Position numbers and translations under genes: made by a program. Under the pieces are notes generated by a model that searched no databases, was not told the DNA's origin, and saw nothing but the letters and a program-made list of their open reading frames with translations. This document shows positions 1 through 8,729 of a DNA stretch of 64,000 bases, one piece after another; position 1 is the stretch's first letter, and every line of letters starts with the position of its first letter. Source of the DNA: an uncultured Alphaproteobacteria bacterium (GTDB lineage: Bacteria > Pseudomonadota > Alphaproteobacteria > HIMB59 > GCA-002718135); NCBI GenBank assembly GCA_902623255.1, contig CACNSY010000001.1, positions 17,463-81,462 of the forward strand. Reading direction: 5' to 3'.

Positions 1-662
1 ACTTTCGTATTTCTTGCGATTTTTTTTCTCATCTTAGAATTTATACCACTACTACCATGTAAAACTAAAGGTAGTTTAGATATTTTTTGAATTTTTAAGA
101 TTTTATTATAATCTATTTTTGCTATCTTTGATTGTTGCAAATGTGTATTACCAACTGATATTGCCATAGCATCTACTCCACTCTCTAAACTATATTTTTT
201 TGCTTCCTCAATATCTGTTCCAAAAGATGTATTGCCATTATGATAGCCTACTATACCTACTTCACCTTCAACTGAAATATTATGTTTATGAGCAATATTT
301 GATATTTTTGAACTAATTTTGATATTTTTATTTAATGGAAGTTTTGATCCATCGAACATTACAGATGTAAAACCACATTCTATTCCTTCGATACATTCAT
401 CATATGAAAATCCATGATCTAAATGACAACAAATAGGCGTTTTAGTTTGTTCAGCAAGATGTCTAAACATTTTTCCCAAAATAGAAACAGGAGTATATTG
501 TCTACAAGAAGGTCCTGCTTGTAAAATAATTGGAATTTTTGTTTCATGTGCAGCCTCTGTATAAGCAATAGCATCTTCCCAACTAATTACGACTAATCCA
601 GCTACAGAATAATTATTACGATTAGCTTTAGTTAGTAATGTTTTTAAATTTACCGCTGTCAT
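1..662 (-). CDS. class II fructose/tagatose-bisphosphate aldolase family protein, IolJ-like. This is the 5' part; the 3' end lies beyond the left edge.
   Basis: Absent from the ORF track because it runs off the window. Manual minus-strand translation from ATG 662-660 gives MTAVNLKTLLTKANRNNYSVAGLVVISWEDAIAYTEAAHETKIPIILQAGPS...CCHLDHGFSYDECIEGIECGFTSVMFDGSKLP...LVLHGSSG, which carries the class II aldolase motifs HLDHG, VMxDGS and LHGxSG. ATGA start/stop overlap with iolB. Confidence 0.8.
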   Translation of the reverse strand, partial: MTAVNLKTLLTKANRNNYSVAGLVVISWEDAIAYTEAAHETKIPIILQAGPSCRQYTPVSILGKMFRHLAEQTKTPICCHLDHGFSYDECIEGIECGFTSVMFDGSKLPLNKNIKISSKISNIAHKHNISVEGEVGIVGYHNGNTSFGTDIEEAKKYSLESGVDAMAISVGNTHLQQSKIAKIDYNKILKIQKISKLPLVLHGSSGINSKMRKKIARNTK

Positions 663-1501
663 TTATATTTAGCAATCATATCTTTAATACCAGGTATGGT
701 TTCAACTTGATATGCATGTTCAGGTTGAAAAAATTGCACAAGAGATCTTTGAGATAGTCCCCCAAGAATTGTGAAATAATACATCTCATATCCTGGTGCC
801 ACAACACAAGGATGATAGCCCGTTCTAATCATAATGGTAGAGCCATCAATTATATGCTCAGCTTTACCAACCTTATCATTAACTTGTTGAAACATTTGAA
901 AGCCAAATCCATTATTAGGTTTAAATCTGTAATTATATGTTTCATCATGTCTAGTTTCATCAGGTAAACGATCTGTATCATGCTTATGAGGTGGAAACCC
1001 TGACCAACCTCCCTGCCCTACGGTATAAAGCTCATTACAAAGCAATCTTCCAACTTTATCATGATGCTTAGCGCCTAAAATATGTTTAATTTTTCTATGA
1101 GTTTTTGTATCATCAGAGCCGTACTGAACTAAATCAATTTCATTTGTTCGAACAGCAAATGGTTCAAGAGTTTTATCATACTTTGCACCAGCAATAAAAA
1201 TTTCTGAATTATTCACTAAAGATGTAAATTGAGCTTTTGTATTAGAAGGAACATATACACCTTCTGGCTCACCATCCCACACATCAACTGTTCTAGTGCC
1301 TAATGACTCAACTTTTATTCCTTCAATTTCTACATTAATTGTTCCAGTAGCAGGTACTATACATGTCTCATAACCAGGGGTTTGATACTCAAAAGATTGA
1401 TCTTTATTTAATTTTACTATGTTAAAATAATTCAAAGGAACTCTATTGTCTTCAATATCTACAATTGGCTTGTTCTTATTATCAAATGGTGGAATATGCA
1501 T
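659..1501 (-). CDS. iolB: 5-deoxy-glucuronate isomerase
   Basis: ORF-track frame 659..1516, a cupin-type IolB-like protein sitting between an IolC-like kinase and an aldolase. I prefer the ATG at 1501 (MHIPPFDNK...) because AAGGAG lies 6 nt upstream of it and it leaves a 1-nt gap after the iolC stop. The ATG at 1516 is the alternative. Confidence 0.85.
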   Translation of the reverse strand: MHIPPFDNKNKPIVDIEDNRVPLNYFNIVKLNKDQSFEYQTPGYETCIVPATGTINVEIEGIKVESLGTRTVDVWDGEPEGVYVPSNTKAQFTSLVNNSEIFIAGAKYDKTLEPFAVRTNEIDLVQYGSDDTKTHRKIKHILGAKHHDKVGRLLCNELYTVGQGGWSGFPPHKHDTDRLPDETRHDETYNYRFKPNNGFGFQMFQQVNDKVGKAEHIIDGSTIMIRTGYHPCVVAPGYEMYYFTILGGLSQRSLVQFFQPEHAYQVETIPGIKDMIAKYK

Positions 1502-1502
1502 A

Positions 1503-2489
1503 TTATTCTCCTTCATTAATTTTATTATATTTCATAAACTCTAAAATTTCATTTAAATTTGGCATTGCTGGTGCACAGCCGACTTTCGTTACTACAATAG
1601 CTGCTGCGGCTGAACCTATTTCTATAGATTTTTCTAAATCATTAGCTTTTAAAATTGATCCTATTAATGAGCCCATAAATGCATCACCGGCTCCAGTTGG
1701 TTTCAAAGGCTTTACGGAAAATATTCCTTTTTTAATTTCTTTGTTCATTGCAAAAGTAATGGAACCTTTTTCACCTTTTTTATAAATAATTAAGCTAATG
1801 TTTTTTGCTAATTGTTTAGCATGATTTAACCCATTATTATAATCACCAGCTAACACTCCAAACTCATCATCATTTCCAATTACACCACTACATTTACTTG
1901 CTGCTAAATTATAAACTTCTTTTGCTTTATTTGATGATTCCCAAGTATACGGTCTATAATCAATGTCCATAATTACAGGAATATTATTTTTATTTGCTAT
2001 ATCTAAAGCATATAAAGTAGCACTCCTTGAAGGTTCAGCTGCAAGAGAAGTCCCAGTAATTAATACACAATCAAAGTTTTGTATATTAGCGTTTTCAATA
2101 TCATCTTTATTTAAAAATAAATCAGAAGCTTTATGTCTGTAAATAATTGATTGATGATCTTTAATTGTGGTTTCAACTATAGCAAAAGAAATTCTTGTCT
2201 CATTTTTTTCAAATTTTACTAATTTATTCTTAACACCATAATGATTTAGTTGATTAATAGCAAATCTTCCTAAAGCATCGTCAGAGACTCTGGTGAGTAG
2301 GTTACAATTACCTCCAAAAAGAGTTAATTGAACACCCATATTTGCAGAAGATCCTCCTAGATGAGTAACAAATGATTTAGCATTTTCAGTTTTTGCTCCT
2401 GGTGGGTCAGGGTATATATCTACTCCTGCTCTACCTATAAGTAAAAAATTATTTTTTTGAATTTTAGAGATTAAAAATTCAAATGACAT
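1503..2489 (-). CDS. iolC: 5-dehydro-2-deoxygluconokinase (PfkB/ribokinase family)
   Basis: 328 aa with PfkB-family signatures (N-terminal GGSSANMG region, C-terminal TGAGDAFMGSLIG). The context with iolB and the aldolase supports the IolC call. Confidence 0.85.
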   Translation of the reverse strand: MSFEFLISKIQKNNFLLIGRAGVDIYPDPPGAKTENAKSFVTHLGGSSANMGVQLTLFGGNCNLLTRVSDDALGRFAINQLNHYGVKNKLVKFEKNETRISFAIVETTIKDHQSIIYRHKASDLFLNKDDIENANIQNFDCVLITGTSLAAEPSRSATLYALDIANKNNIPVIMDIDYRPYTWESSNKAKEVYNLAASKCSGVIGNDDEFGVLAGDYNNGLNHAKQLAKNISLIIYKKGEKGSITFAMNKEIKKGIFSVKPLKPTGAGDAFMGSLIGSILKANDLEKSIEIGSAAAAIVVTKVGCAPAMPNLNEILEFMKYNKINEGE

Positions 2490-2492
2490 AAA

Positions 2493-2834
2493 TTATTTGT
2501 TTTTCATATCAATAAAATCAGCTTTATATTCAAAAGGATCAATTGCATCAATACAACCAATATTTATTGCAGCACCATTTGGATCGCTTCTTCTATTATG
2601 ATGAGTATAAATGCCACAAATTTTACAAAAGAAGTGTTCAGCAATCATTGTATTAAATTTGTATGAAGTTAAATTTTCTTCACCCTTAATAATTGATAAA
2701 GATTCTTTAGATACCATTGCCATTTTAGCATTTTTTCTTTTACAAATTGAACAATTACATTGTTTAATAATATCAAGATCATTATTAACTTCTAATTCTA
2801 CTGCACCGCAATGACATTTAACATTATGTATCAT
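2493..2834 (-). CDS. GFA / CENP-V family zinc protein (glutathione-dependent formaldehyde-activating enzyme-like)
   Basis: 113 aa with the GFA cysteine pattern (CHCGAV..., CNCSICKRK, FCKICG). AAGGAG Shine-Dalgarno 5 nt upstream of the ATG. 3-nt gap to iolC. Confidence 0.8.
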   Translation of the reverse strand: MIHNVKCHCGAVELEVNNDLDIIKQCNCSICKRKNAKMAMVSKESLSIIKGEENLTSYKFNTMIAEHFFCKICGIYTHHNRRSDPNGAAINIGCIDAIDPFEYKADFIDMKNK

Positions 2835-2850
2835 AGATCTCCTTATTCAT

Positions 2851-2926
2851 TGGCGCGCCCGAAATGATTCGAACATTTGACCTACCGCTTAGAAGGCGGT
2901 TGCTCTATCCACTGAGCTACGGGCGC
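2851..2926 (-). tRNA. tRNA-Arg (anticodon UCU)
   Basis: The reverse complement GCGCCCGTAGCTCAGTGGATAGAGCAACCGCCTTCTAAGCGGTAGGTCAAATGTTCGAATCATTTCGGGCGCGCCA folds as a 76-nt cloverleaf. Features: 7-bp acceptor stem, anticodon loop CTTCTAA, TTCGAAT T-loop, encoded CCA. Confidence 0.93.
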
Positions 2927-2974
2927 ATAATTTTTCATTTATCATAGTCTAAAAAATAAAGAAAGAAATTATAC

Positions 2975-3280
2975 TTAGTGTGTCCAAGGCTCTTTTCTAT
3001 TTGTATCGAAATTTGAAGCATAACTTTTTGGCTTAATTTTTCTTTGCTTTGGTTCTTCGACAAAATATTGATAATTATTTTTTTTTGCCCATTCAATGGC
3101 TTGTTCTTTAGTATCAAAAAAAAGTTTAATCTGAGATTTGGTATCTAATGAACTATTCCATCCCATTAAAGAATCTTTTACTTTTTCTACTTCAGAAATA
3201 TATTCCGCTAACCACAATTTAGTTTTTTTAAAACCTGACTGCATAGAAGTTTTTGAAGGTTTATAAATTTTTATAGTCAT
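2975..3280 (-). CDS. ETC complex I subunit conserved-region protein (NDUFS4 / 18-kDa subunit-like)
   Basis: 101 aa. The pattern ...MQSG...W.LE.......D.LMGW.SS.DT..Q..L.F.TKE.AI.WA is typical of alphaproteobacterial NDUFS4-like proteins. 1-nt start/stop overlap with the upstream acyl-CoA dehydrogenase. Confidence 0.75.
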   Translation of the reverse strand: MTIKIYKPSKTSMQSGFKKTKLWLAEYISEVEKVKDSLMGWNSSLDTKSQIKLFFDTKEQAIEWAKKNNYQYFVEEPKQRKIKPKSYASNFDTNRKEPWTH

Positions 3281-5055
3281 TAGATTGCTGTTTCAAAATA
3301 TTTATCATTATAATCATTATAGTATTTTCCACCAGATCTTATGTTTTGACAAAGAAGTTGTGTTTCACCTAATAATTTAGTTAAAAAGAAATTACCAGTT
3401 TCAATTTTGGATTTATAAAAACTTTCATCATGCTTTTCTAATTTTACTAATGAAATTTCTATATATTGTAACCAAATATAACCTAGAGAAATCAAAGATG
3501 ATAAATTTAAAAATTCTACAGCATGAGAATTAATCTCATTTTCATGGCTTAAAGATTTAATATATTCAAAAATACTTTTGTAAGAATCATATGAAGGCAT
3601 AAATAAATCAATATATTTTTTCATATTTTGATTATTAGAAATTTTAACTTGATAATTATCAATCATAGTAAAAAATTCATAAAATAATGCACCATTGTCA
3701 GTTTGTAATTTTCTTCCTATTAAATCAAGAGCCTGAATACCGTTTGTTCCTTCATAGATAGTTGTAATCCTAGCGTCTCTTACTAATTGTTCCATTCCAT
3801 GATCAGTTATAAAACCATGGCCTCCATAGATTTGCATAGCTCGATTTGTATTTTCTACAGATTTATCTGAAGCATATGATTTAATAATTGGCGTCATGAG
3901 TGCTATAAAATTTTCAGATAATTTCTTATCTTTGTCATCTGAAGAATTTTCAATATTATCAAAGTGATTTCCAGCCAATAAAGTTAAACCTCTAACTGCT
4001 TCATTAATCGATTTTATGTACAATAAGTTTTTTCTTATTTCAGGATGAACAATTATGGGATCAGCAACTTGATTGCTGGAAGATAATTTTCCTTGTAAAC
4101 GCTCTTTCGAATAATAAAGTGCTGATTGATAAGCAGTTTCTGATAAGCCTAAACCTTGTATGCCTACAAACAAACGAGCTCCATTCATCATTATAAACAT
4201 CGCTCTCATTCCTTTATTGATATCACCTACTAGCCAGCCCTTAGCTTCATTGTAATGCATTACACAGGTTGGACTAGCATGAATACCCATCTTCTTCTCT
4301 ATTGATCCACATTCAACTTTATTTCTATCAACAAAATCACCACTTTCATTTGGTAAAAATTTAGGAACCAAGAATAAACTTATACCTTTTATACCAGGGG
4401 GTGCATTTGGTGTTCTTGCTAATACTAAATGAATGATATTTTCACTTAGATCATGCTCTCCACAGGTAATAAAAATTTTGGTACCAGTAATGCTATAACT
4501 TCCATCATCTAATGGTGTTGCCATTGTTTTACTTAATCCAAGATCTGTTCCACATTGAGGTTCAGTTAAATTCATTGTTCCTGTCCACTTACCACTAGTT
4601 AAATTTGGCAAATAAGTATTTTTCAAATCTTCATTAGCACTCTTTTCAATTGCATCGATTGCATTTGCTGTAAGACCTGGATAAAGACCAAATGACATAT
4701 TAGTAGAGCTTATCATTTCATCTAAAATCATATTCATAATATAAGGTAGGTTTTGACCACCAAATTCTTCTTTTACTTTGAGTCCCTGCCAGCCATTTTC
4801 AGAAAAAGTTTTATAAGCTTCTTTAAATCCTTTTGGTGCAGTCACAACTCCATTATTAAAAGAACATCCTTCACTATCTCCACTTTGATTAAGAGGGAGT
4901 AAGGTTTCTTCACATAGTTTTGCCGCTTCTTCAATAATAAGCATTAGATCGCTTGTTTCTAAATCTAATTTTTTTAATGTTTGACTTTCTTTAAGATTTA
5001 AAAAATCTTCAATTAGAAATTTAAACTCACGTAGCGGTGTTTTATAAATTTGCAT
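3280..5055 (-). CDS. acyl-CoA dehydrogenase, long form with C-terminal extension domain
   Basis: 591 aa. ACAD core motifs (e.g. QIYGGHGFITDHGMEQLVRDARITTIYEGTNGIQ) plus a roughly 150-aa helical C-terminal domain. Confidence 0.9.
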   Translation of the reverse strand: MQIYKTPLREFKFLIEDFLNLKESQTLKKLDLETSDLMLIIEEAAKLCEETLLPLNQSGDSEGCSFNNGVVTAPKGFKEAYKTFSENGWQGLKVKEEFGGQNLPYIMNMILDEMISSTNMSFGLYPGLTANAIDAIEKSANEDLKNTYLPNLTSGKWTGTMNLTEPQCGTDLGLSKTMATPLDDGSYSITGTKIFITCGEHDLSENIIHLVLARTPNAPPGIKGISLFLVPKFLPNESGDFVDRNKVECGSIEKKMGIHASPTCVMHYNEAKGWLVGDINKGMRAMFIMMNGARLFVGIQGLGLSETAYQSALYYSKERLQGKLSSSNQVADPIIVHPEIRKNLLYIKSINEAVRGLTLLAGNHFDNIENSSDDKDKKLSENFIALMTPIIKSYASDKSVENTNRAMQIYGGHGFITDHGMEQLVRDARITTIYEGTNGIQALDLIGRKLQTDNGALFYEFFTMIDNYQVKISNNQNMKKYIDLFMPSYDSYKSIFEYIKSLSHENEINSHAVEFLNLSSLISLGYIWLQYIEISLVKLEKHDESFYKSKIETGNFFLTKLLGETQLLCQNIRSGGKYYNDYNDKYFETAI

Positions 5056-5060
5056 GATAT

Positions 5061-6200
5061 TTAATTAATATTTTCTAACACAGTTGCAATACCTTGACCT
5101 AAACCTATACATTGTGTCGCTAATCCATACTTTTTATTATTATTATGCAATAAAGTTGCAACTTTACCTGTAATCCTTGCTCCAGTAGCACCTAATGGGT
5201 GGCCTAATGCTATTGCTCCACCATGTATATTTACTTTACTTATGTCCATATTTAATTCTTTAATACATGCTAAAGATTGAGAAGCAAATGCCTCATTTAG
5301 TTCCACAATATCAATATCGGAAATAGATAAATTAGCTCTCTTTAGAGCTTTTTTGGAAGCATTAATTGGGCCAAGACCCATTAATTCTGGAGGACAACCG
5401 ACTACGGCTGTAGATTTGATACGAGCTAAAATATTTAGATTATTTTTTTTTGCGTATTCTTCCTCACACACAATTACTGCAGATGCTCCATCAGTTAATG
5501 GCGATGCTGTACCAGCTGTAACTGTTCCATTTTCATCAAAAGCAAGTTTTAATCCATCTAAAATTTCATGTGAGGTATTAGGTCGAATTCCACCATCTTG
5601 ATTAATTTTCTCATCATTATTTGTAATCGAAACTATTTCATTATCGAATAAATTTGTTTCTCTAGCTAAATTAGCTTTAGAATGGCTGCTAATAGCAAAA
5701 TCTTGTTGTTCTTTTCGAGAAATATTAAATTTTTTTGCAACATTTTCAGCTGTAATACCCATAGACATATATACATTTGGGTTATCTTTACTTAATTGAG
5801 GATGAGGATCGTATGTTAGACCATTCATAGGTATAAATGTCATACTTTCTACACCACAACATAAAAAAACATCTCCAGAGTTAATTGCAATCGCACCAGT
5901 TGCATCATGTATAGCTTGCATTGAAGAACCACACCATCTGTTAACTGTCATACCTGCTACATGTTCTGGCATATCTGTCATGAAAGAAACAATTTTAGCA
6001 ATATTATTTCCTTGAGCTCCTTCAGGATAAGCACAACCAGTAATAATGTCCTCTATGTCATTTTTATTAATTTGTATTTCATTAAGTAATTGATTTATTG
6101 TTTGTGATAGAATGTCCTCTGGTCTAATATTGGCCATTTCACCTTTACGAGCAAAAGTGAATGGTGATCTTTTGTAACCCACAATAACAGCATTTCTCAT
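5061..6200 (-). CDS. acetyl-CoA C-acyltransferase / 3-ketoacyl-CoA thiolase
   Basis: 379 aa with thiolase signatures: active-site Cys in VNRWCGSSMQA, NEAFASQ, and C-terminal GGAIALGHPLGATGAR...CIGLGQG. Confidence 0.92.
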   Translation of the reverse strand: MRNAVIVGYKRSPFTFARKGEMANIRPEDILSQTINQLLNEIQINKNDIEDIITGCAYPEGAQGNNIAKIVSFMTDMPEHVAGMTVNRWCGSSMQAIHDATGAIAINSGDVFLCCGVESMTFIPMNGLTYDPHPQLSKDNPNVYMSMGITAENVAKKFNISRKEQQDFAISSHSKANLARETNLFDNEIVSITNNDEKINQDGGIRPNTSHEILDGLKLAFDENGTVTAGTASPLTDGASAVIVCEEEYAKKNNLNILARIKSTAVVGCPPELMGLGPINASKKALKRANLSISDIDIVELNEAFASQSLACIKELNMDISKVNIHGGAIALGHPLGATGARITGKVATLLHNNNKKYGLATQCIGLGQGIATVLENIN

Positions 6201-6716
6201 TTAAAACTCCATTAAAGAATGTAACTCAATTCCTTTTTCAATTAATTTTTTATCACCATTTAATTCAGGTAAATTTATTATAAAGCCTGCTCCAACAATA
6301 TTTTTATCCTTGAACTTATTTATTAATTCTACTGCCGCAAGTGCAGTTCCGCCTGTTGCTAAAAGATCATCAATAATTAGTAAGTCTTTATGAGCATCTA
6401 AAGCATCAGTATGAATGTGCATTTCAGTTGATCCATATTCTAAATCGTATGAGACTTTGAAAGTATCAAATGGAAGTTTATGAGGCTTTCTCAACGGAAC
6501 AAATGCTGCATTTAAAAAATAAGCTATTGCCCCCGCCATAATGAATCCACGAGATTCTATACTTAAAACTGCATCTATTTTTTTATTTTGCCATGGTTTT
6601 ACCATATCATCAATGACTTGTTTAAAGTGTCCTGCATTTTGCAACAATGTTGTAATATCTCTAAATTGAATTCCTTCGACAGGATAATCAGCAATTGTTC
6701 GAACGTATTCTTTCAT
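6201..6716 (-). CDS. apt: adenine phosphoribosyltransferase
   Basis: 171 aa. Start MKEYVRTIADYPVEGIQFRDIT, and the PRPP-binding motif LLIIDDLLATGGT. Confidence 0.93.
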   Translation of the reverse strand: MKEYVRTIADYPVEGIQFRDITTLLQNAGHFKQVIDDMVKPWQNKKIDAVLSIESRGFIMAGAIAYFLNAAFVPLRKPHKLPFDTFKVSYDLEYGSTEMHIHTDALDAHKDLLIIDDLLATGGTALAAVELINKFKDKNIVGAGFIINLPELNGDKKLIEKGIELHSLMEF

Positions 6717-7276
6717 TAGTTTTTCTCAATGTCTTTTATATCAAATAAAGTAACAGGTGCAAAATTTGAAGAACAATCGTACGTTTTAGTATAAGGGAAT
6801 TTTAAAAATGAATTTGAGATTTGATTGCTAACATCTAATTTCTTTTCAAAGTGATTTATCAATAACTTATTTGGGTTTGCATGGGGTGCAAGATTACGAA
6901 TATATTTAATTGTATTTTCAATATTAGTTTTGTTTTCTCTACATAGTAAATAGGTAGCTGTTGCCATTGATCTTGAGACACCACACCAACAATGGATAAC
7001 AACATCTTCGTCATAAGTATAAGTAGAAGTAAAATTAGCTATTGAATTTACATGCTCTTCCCCAGGAAGAATTTGTGGTATTTCATCTGTATTCAATCGA
7101 AATATTTTATTATTGCTACTAATTTCAATAATATCGTCAAATCCTAACTTTAAATGATTTTTTACACCTTTGGGTGTTTCCGGAGCATATCCTGGATCAA
7201 TAACTGATATAAGATACTTAGGCTGTATGCTTTCACAAACATTAGATAAATCACTAAGAGAACAAACAATAATCAT
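6716..7276 (-). CDS. predicted protein-tyrosine/dual-specificity phosphatase-like protein
   Basis: 186 aa with a CX5R-type P-loop (HCWCGVSRS). Otherwise uncharacterised. Confidence 0.6.
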   Translation of the reverse strand: MIIVCSLSDLSNVCESIQPKYLISVIDPGYAPETPKGVKNHLKLGFDDIIEISSNNKIFRLNTDEIPQILPGEEHVNSIANFTSTYTYDEDVVIHCWCGVSRSMATATYLLCRENKTNIENTIKYIRNLAPHANPNKLLINHFEKKLDVSNQISNSFLKFPYTKTYDCSSNFAPVTLFDIKDIEKN

Positions 7277-7303
7277 AAAAAAAGGGTGGTATAAACCACC
7301 CTT
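7277..7303 (-). terminator. rho-independent terminator/attenuator after the ABC substrate-binding protein gene
   Basis: 9-bp GC-rich stem AAGGGTGGT (7282-7290) / ACCACCCTT (7295-7303) with a 4-nt loop. On the minus strand a U-run follows and ends exactly at the ATG of the next gene (7276). Confidence 0.75.
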
Positions 7304-7324
7304 GATAAAAGTAAATTAATTAAA

Positions 7325-8665
7325 CTACTCTGCAGTTGCATCAGCTAATATTGCATTAGCATCTTCATTTAATTGATTTAATGTTGAAATGATATCGTCA
7401 CCATTAATGATTGCTGCATAAGCTTTTTCAACCTCACCTCTAACTGAATAATAACCAGGAACAGATGGTTCACCTTTTCCGTATTGAACCATTGTTAATG
7501 ATTTATCATATTGAGGTAGTTCAGCTCTTTTTTTAGCAATTAATGGATGATCTGCAGAGGAGGTTCTAACAAAACCATATCCACTTTCAGTTGACCAAAC
7601 TGCTGAGTTCTCAGTGTTAGAAATATATTTCATCCACTGATATGCTGCCACCATTCTATTTGCATCGCCTGAATTTCCCATAATTAAACCTCCGCCATAT
7701 AGGTTAAGCACTGGTTCACTAGTGGTGTATGATATTGGGGCTACATCCCAATTGCCATTATAACCCTCTTCAATGGCTTTCTGGAAATAAGTAATACCAG
7801 ATGTAGAGCCTGCAGCAAATAAAACAGAACCTTGTCCTAAGTATTGCTGATCAGTATATTTACCTCTCGCAACTATTGCGCAACCTTTATTAGCCATACC
7901 TTGTATGAATTCCATAGCTTCAATGGCTTTAGAGCCATTGTAAATATACTGACCATTATCATAGTCAAATACATCACCTCCATGTGCAAATACCCATGCT
8001 GCAAAGTTACTTGCATCAGTATCTATTTCATATCCATAACTTGGAACATCTTCACCCATTTTACCGCTATAATCTTGATTAGTCGCTGCACATGCTGCTT
8101 CCGCAAAATCAGCAGGAGTTTTAGGAGCATCTAAACCAAGTTCCTTTAACCAATCTGAATTGTAATAAAGGATCTCTATTGATTTTCCAACTTCATGTAA
8201 AAGTTTTGGATTTCCATCAAAATATGGTGAAAAGCCAACAGTCCAGTTTGCACCCCAATCTTCTATATCATCTTGAGAAACACCCCATTTTTTACTATTT
8301 GCTAAAATATTTTGATCAATTGAAGCGCCAATTAAGTACATATCTGCAGCAGCATTACCATAACCTCTTGCAACGTCTGCTATATCTTTTGTTCCAGCAG
8401 CAGACATCATAGCTGATTGAACTTTCCCATAATGTCCTTTGTGAACAACATTAACTTTTATTCCTGTTTCAGCTTCAAATCTTTCAGCTCTTGCCATCAT
8501 TGCATCTAATCTTTCATCTGAATATTGTACCCAAAATTCAACAGTTTGACCTGAAGGATCTGCATTTTCAATATCTTGTGCTGTAATTGCGAATGATTGC
8601 GAGGAAATAAAAAATAAAGAAGCTAAGAAGAAATTTAAAATATATTTATAAAATTTCATAATCAC
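7325..8665 (-). CDS. ABC transporter substrate-binding protein, family 1 (CUT1 sugar / glycerol-3-phosphate-like)
   Basis: 446 aa with a signal peptide (…FFISSQSFA/ITAQ). The composition is typical of extracellular solute-binding family 1. Adjacent to two MalF/MalG-type permeases. Confidence 0.85.
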   Translation of the reverse strand: MIMKFYKYILNFFLASLFFISSQSFAITAQDIENADPSGQTVEFWVQYSDERLDAMMARAERFEAETGIKVNVVHKGHYGKVQSAMMSAAGTKDIADVARGYGNAAADMYLIGASIDQNILANSKKWGVSQDDIEDWGANWTVGFSPYFDGNPKLLHEVGKSIEILYYNSDWLKELGLDAPKTPADFAEAACAATNQDYSGKMGEDVPSYGYEIDTDASNFAAWVFAHGGDVFDYDNGQYIYNGSKAIEAMEFIQGMANKGCAIVARGKYTDQQYLGQGSVLFAAGSTSGITYFQKAIEEGYNGNWDVAPISYTTSEPVLNLYGGGLIMGNSGDANRMVAAYQWMKYISNTENSAVWSTESGYGFVRTSSADHPLIAKKRAELPQYDKSLTMVQYGKGEPSVPGYYSVRGEVEKAYAAIINGDDIISTLNQLNEDANAILADATAE

Positions 8666-8729
8666 CCCGTAAAAAATATTAATTAATATAGAGGTAAAAT
8701 TAAAGTTTTGTTACAAAAAATTTACTGAT

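Noticed and set aside
1465-1785. Plus-strand 106-aa ORF overlapping iolB/iolC. The same applies to many similar 60-130-aa track ORFs: 2611..2814, 2935..3117, 5353..5601, 7844..8134, 8179..8412, 8764..9027, 10767..10976, 11098..11313, 11262..11459, 11632..11823, 11913..12128, 13597..13809, 21153..21350, 21786..21980, 22395..22616, 26363..26551, 30637..30849, 33620..33802, 36180..36407, 42287..42496, 44045..44260, 45239..45469, 46396..46578, 47233..47460, 53514..53723, 55494..55709, 56611..56832, 61850..62110.
   Set aside because: All lie antisense to, or out of frame within, longer ORFs that have clear family signatures. Their products are low-complexity or odd in composition with no recognisable motifs, so they look like shadow ORFs.
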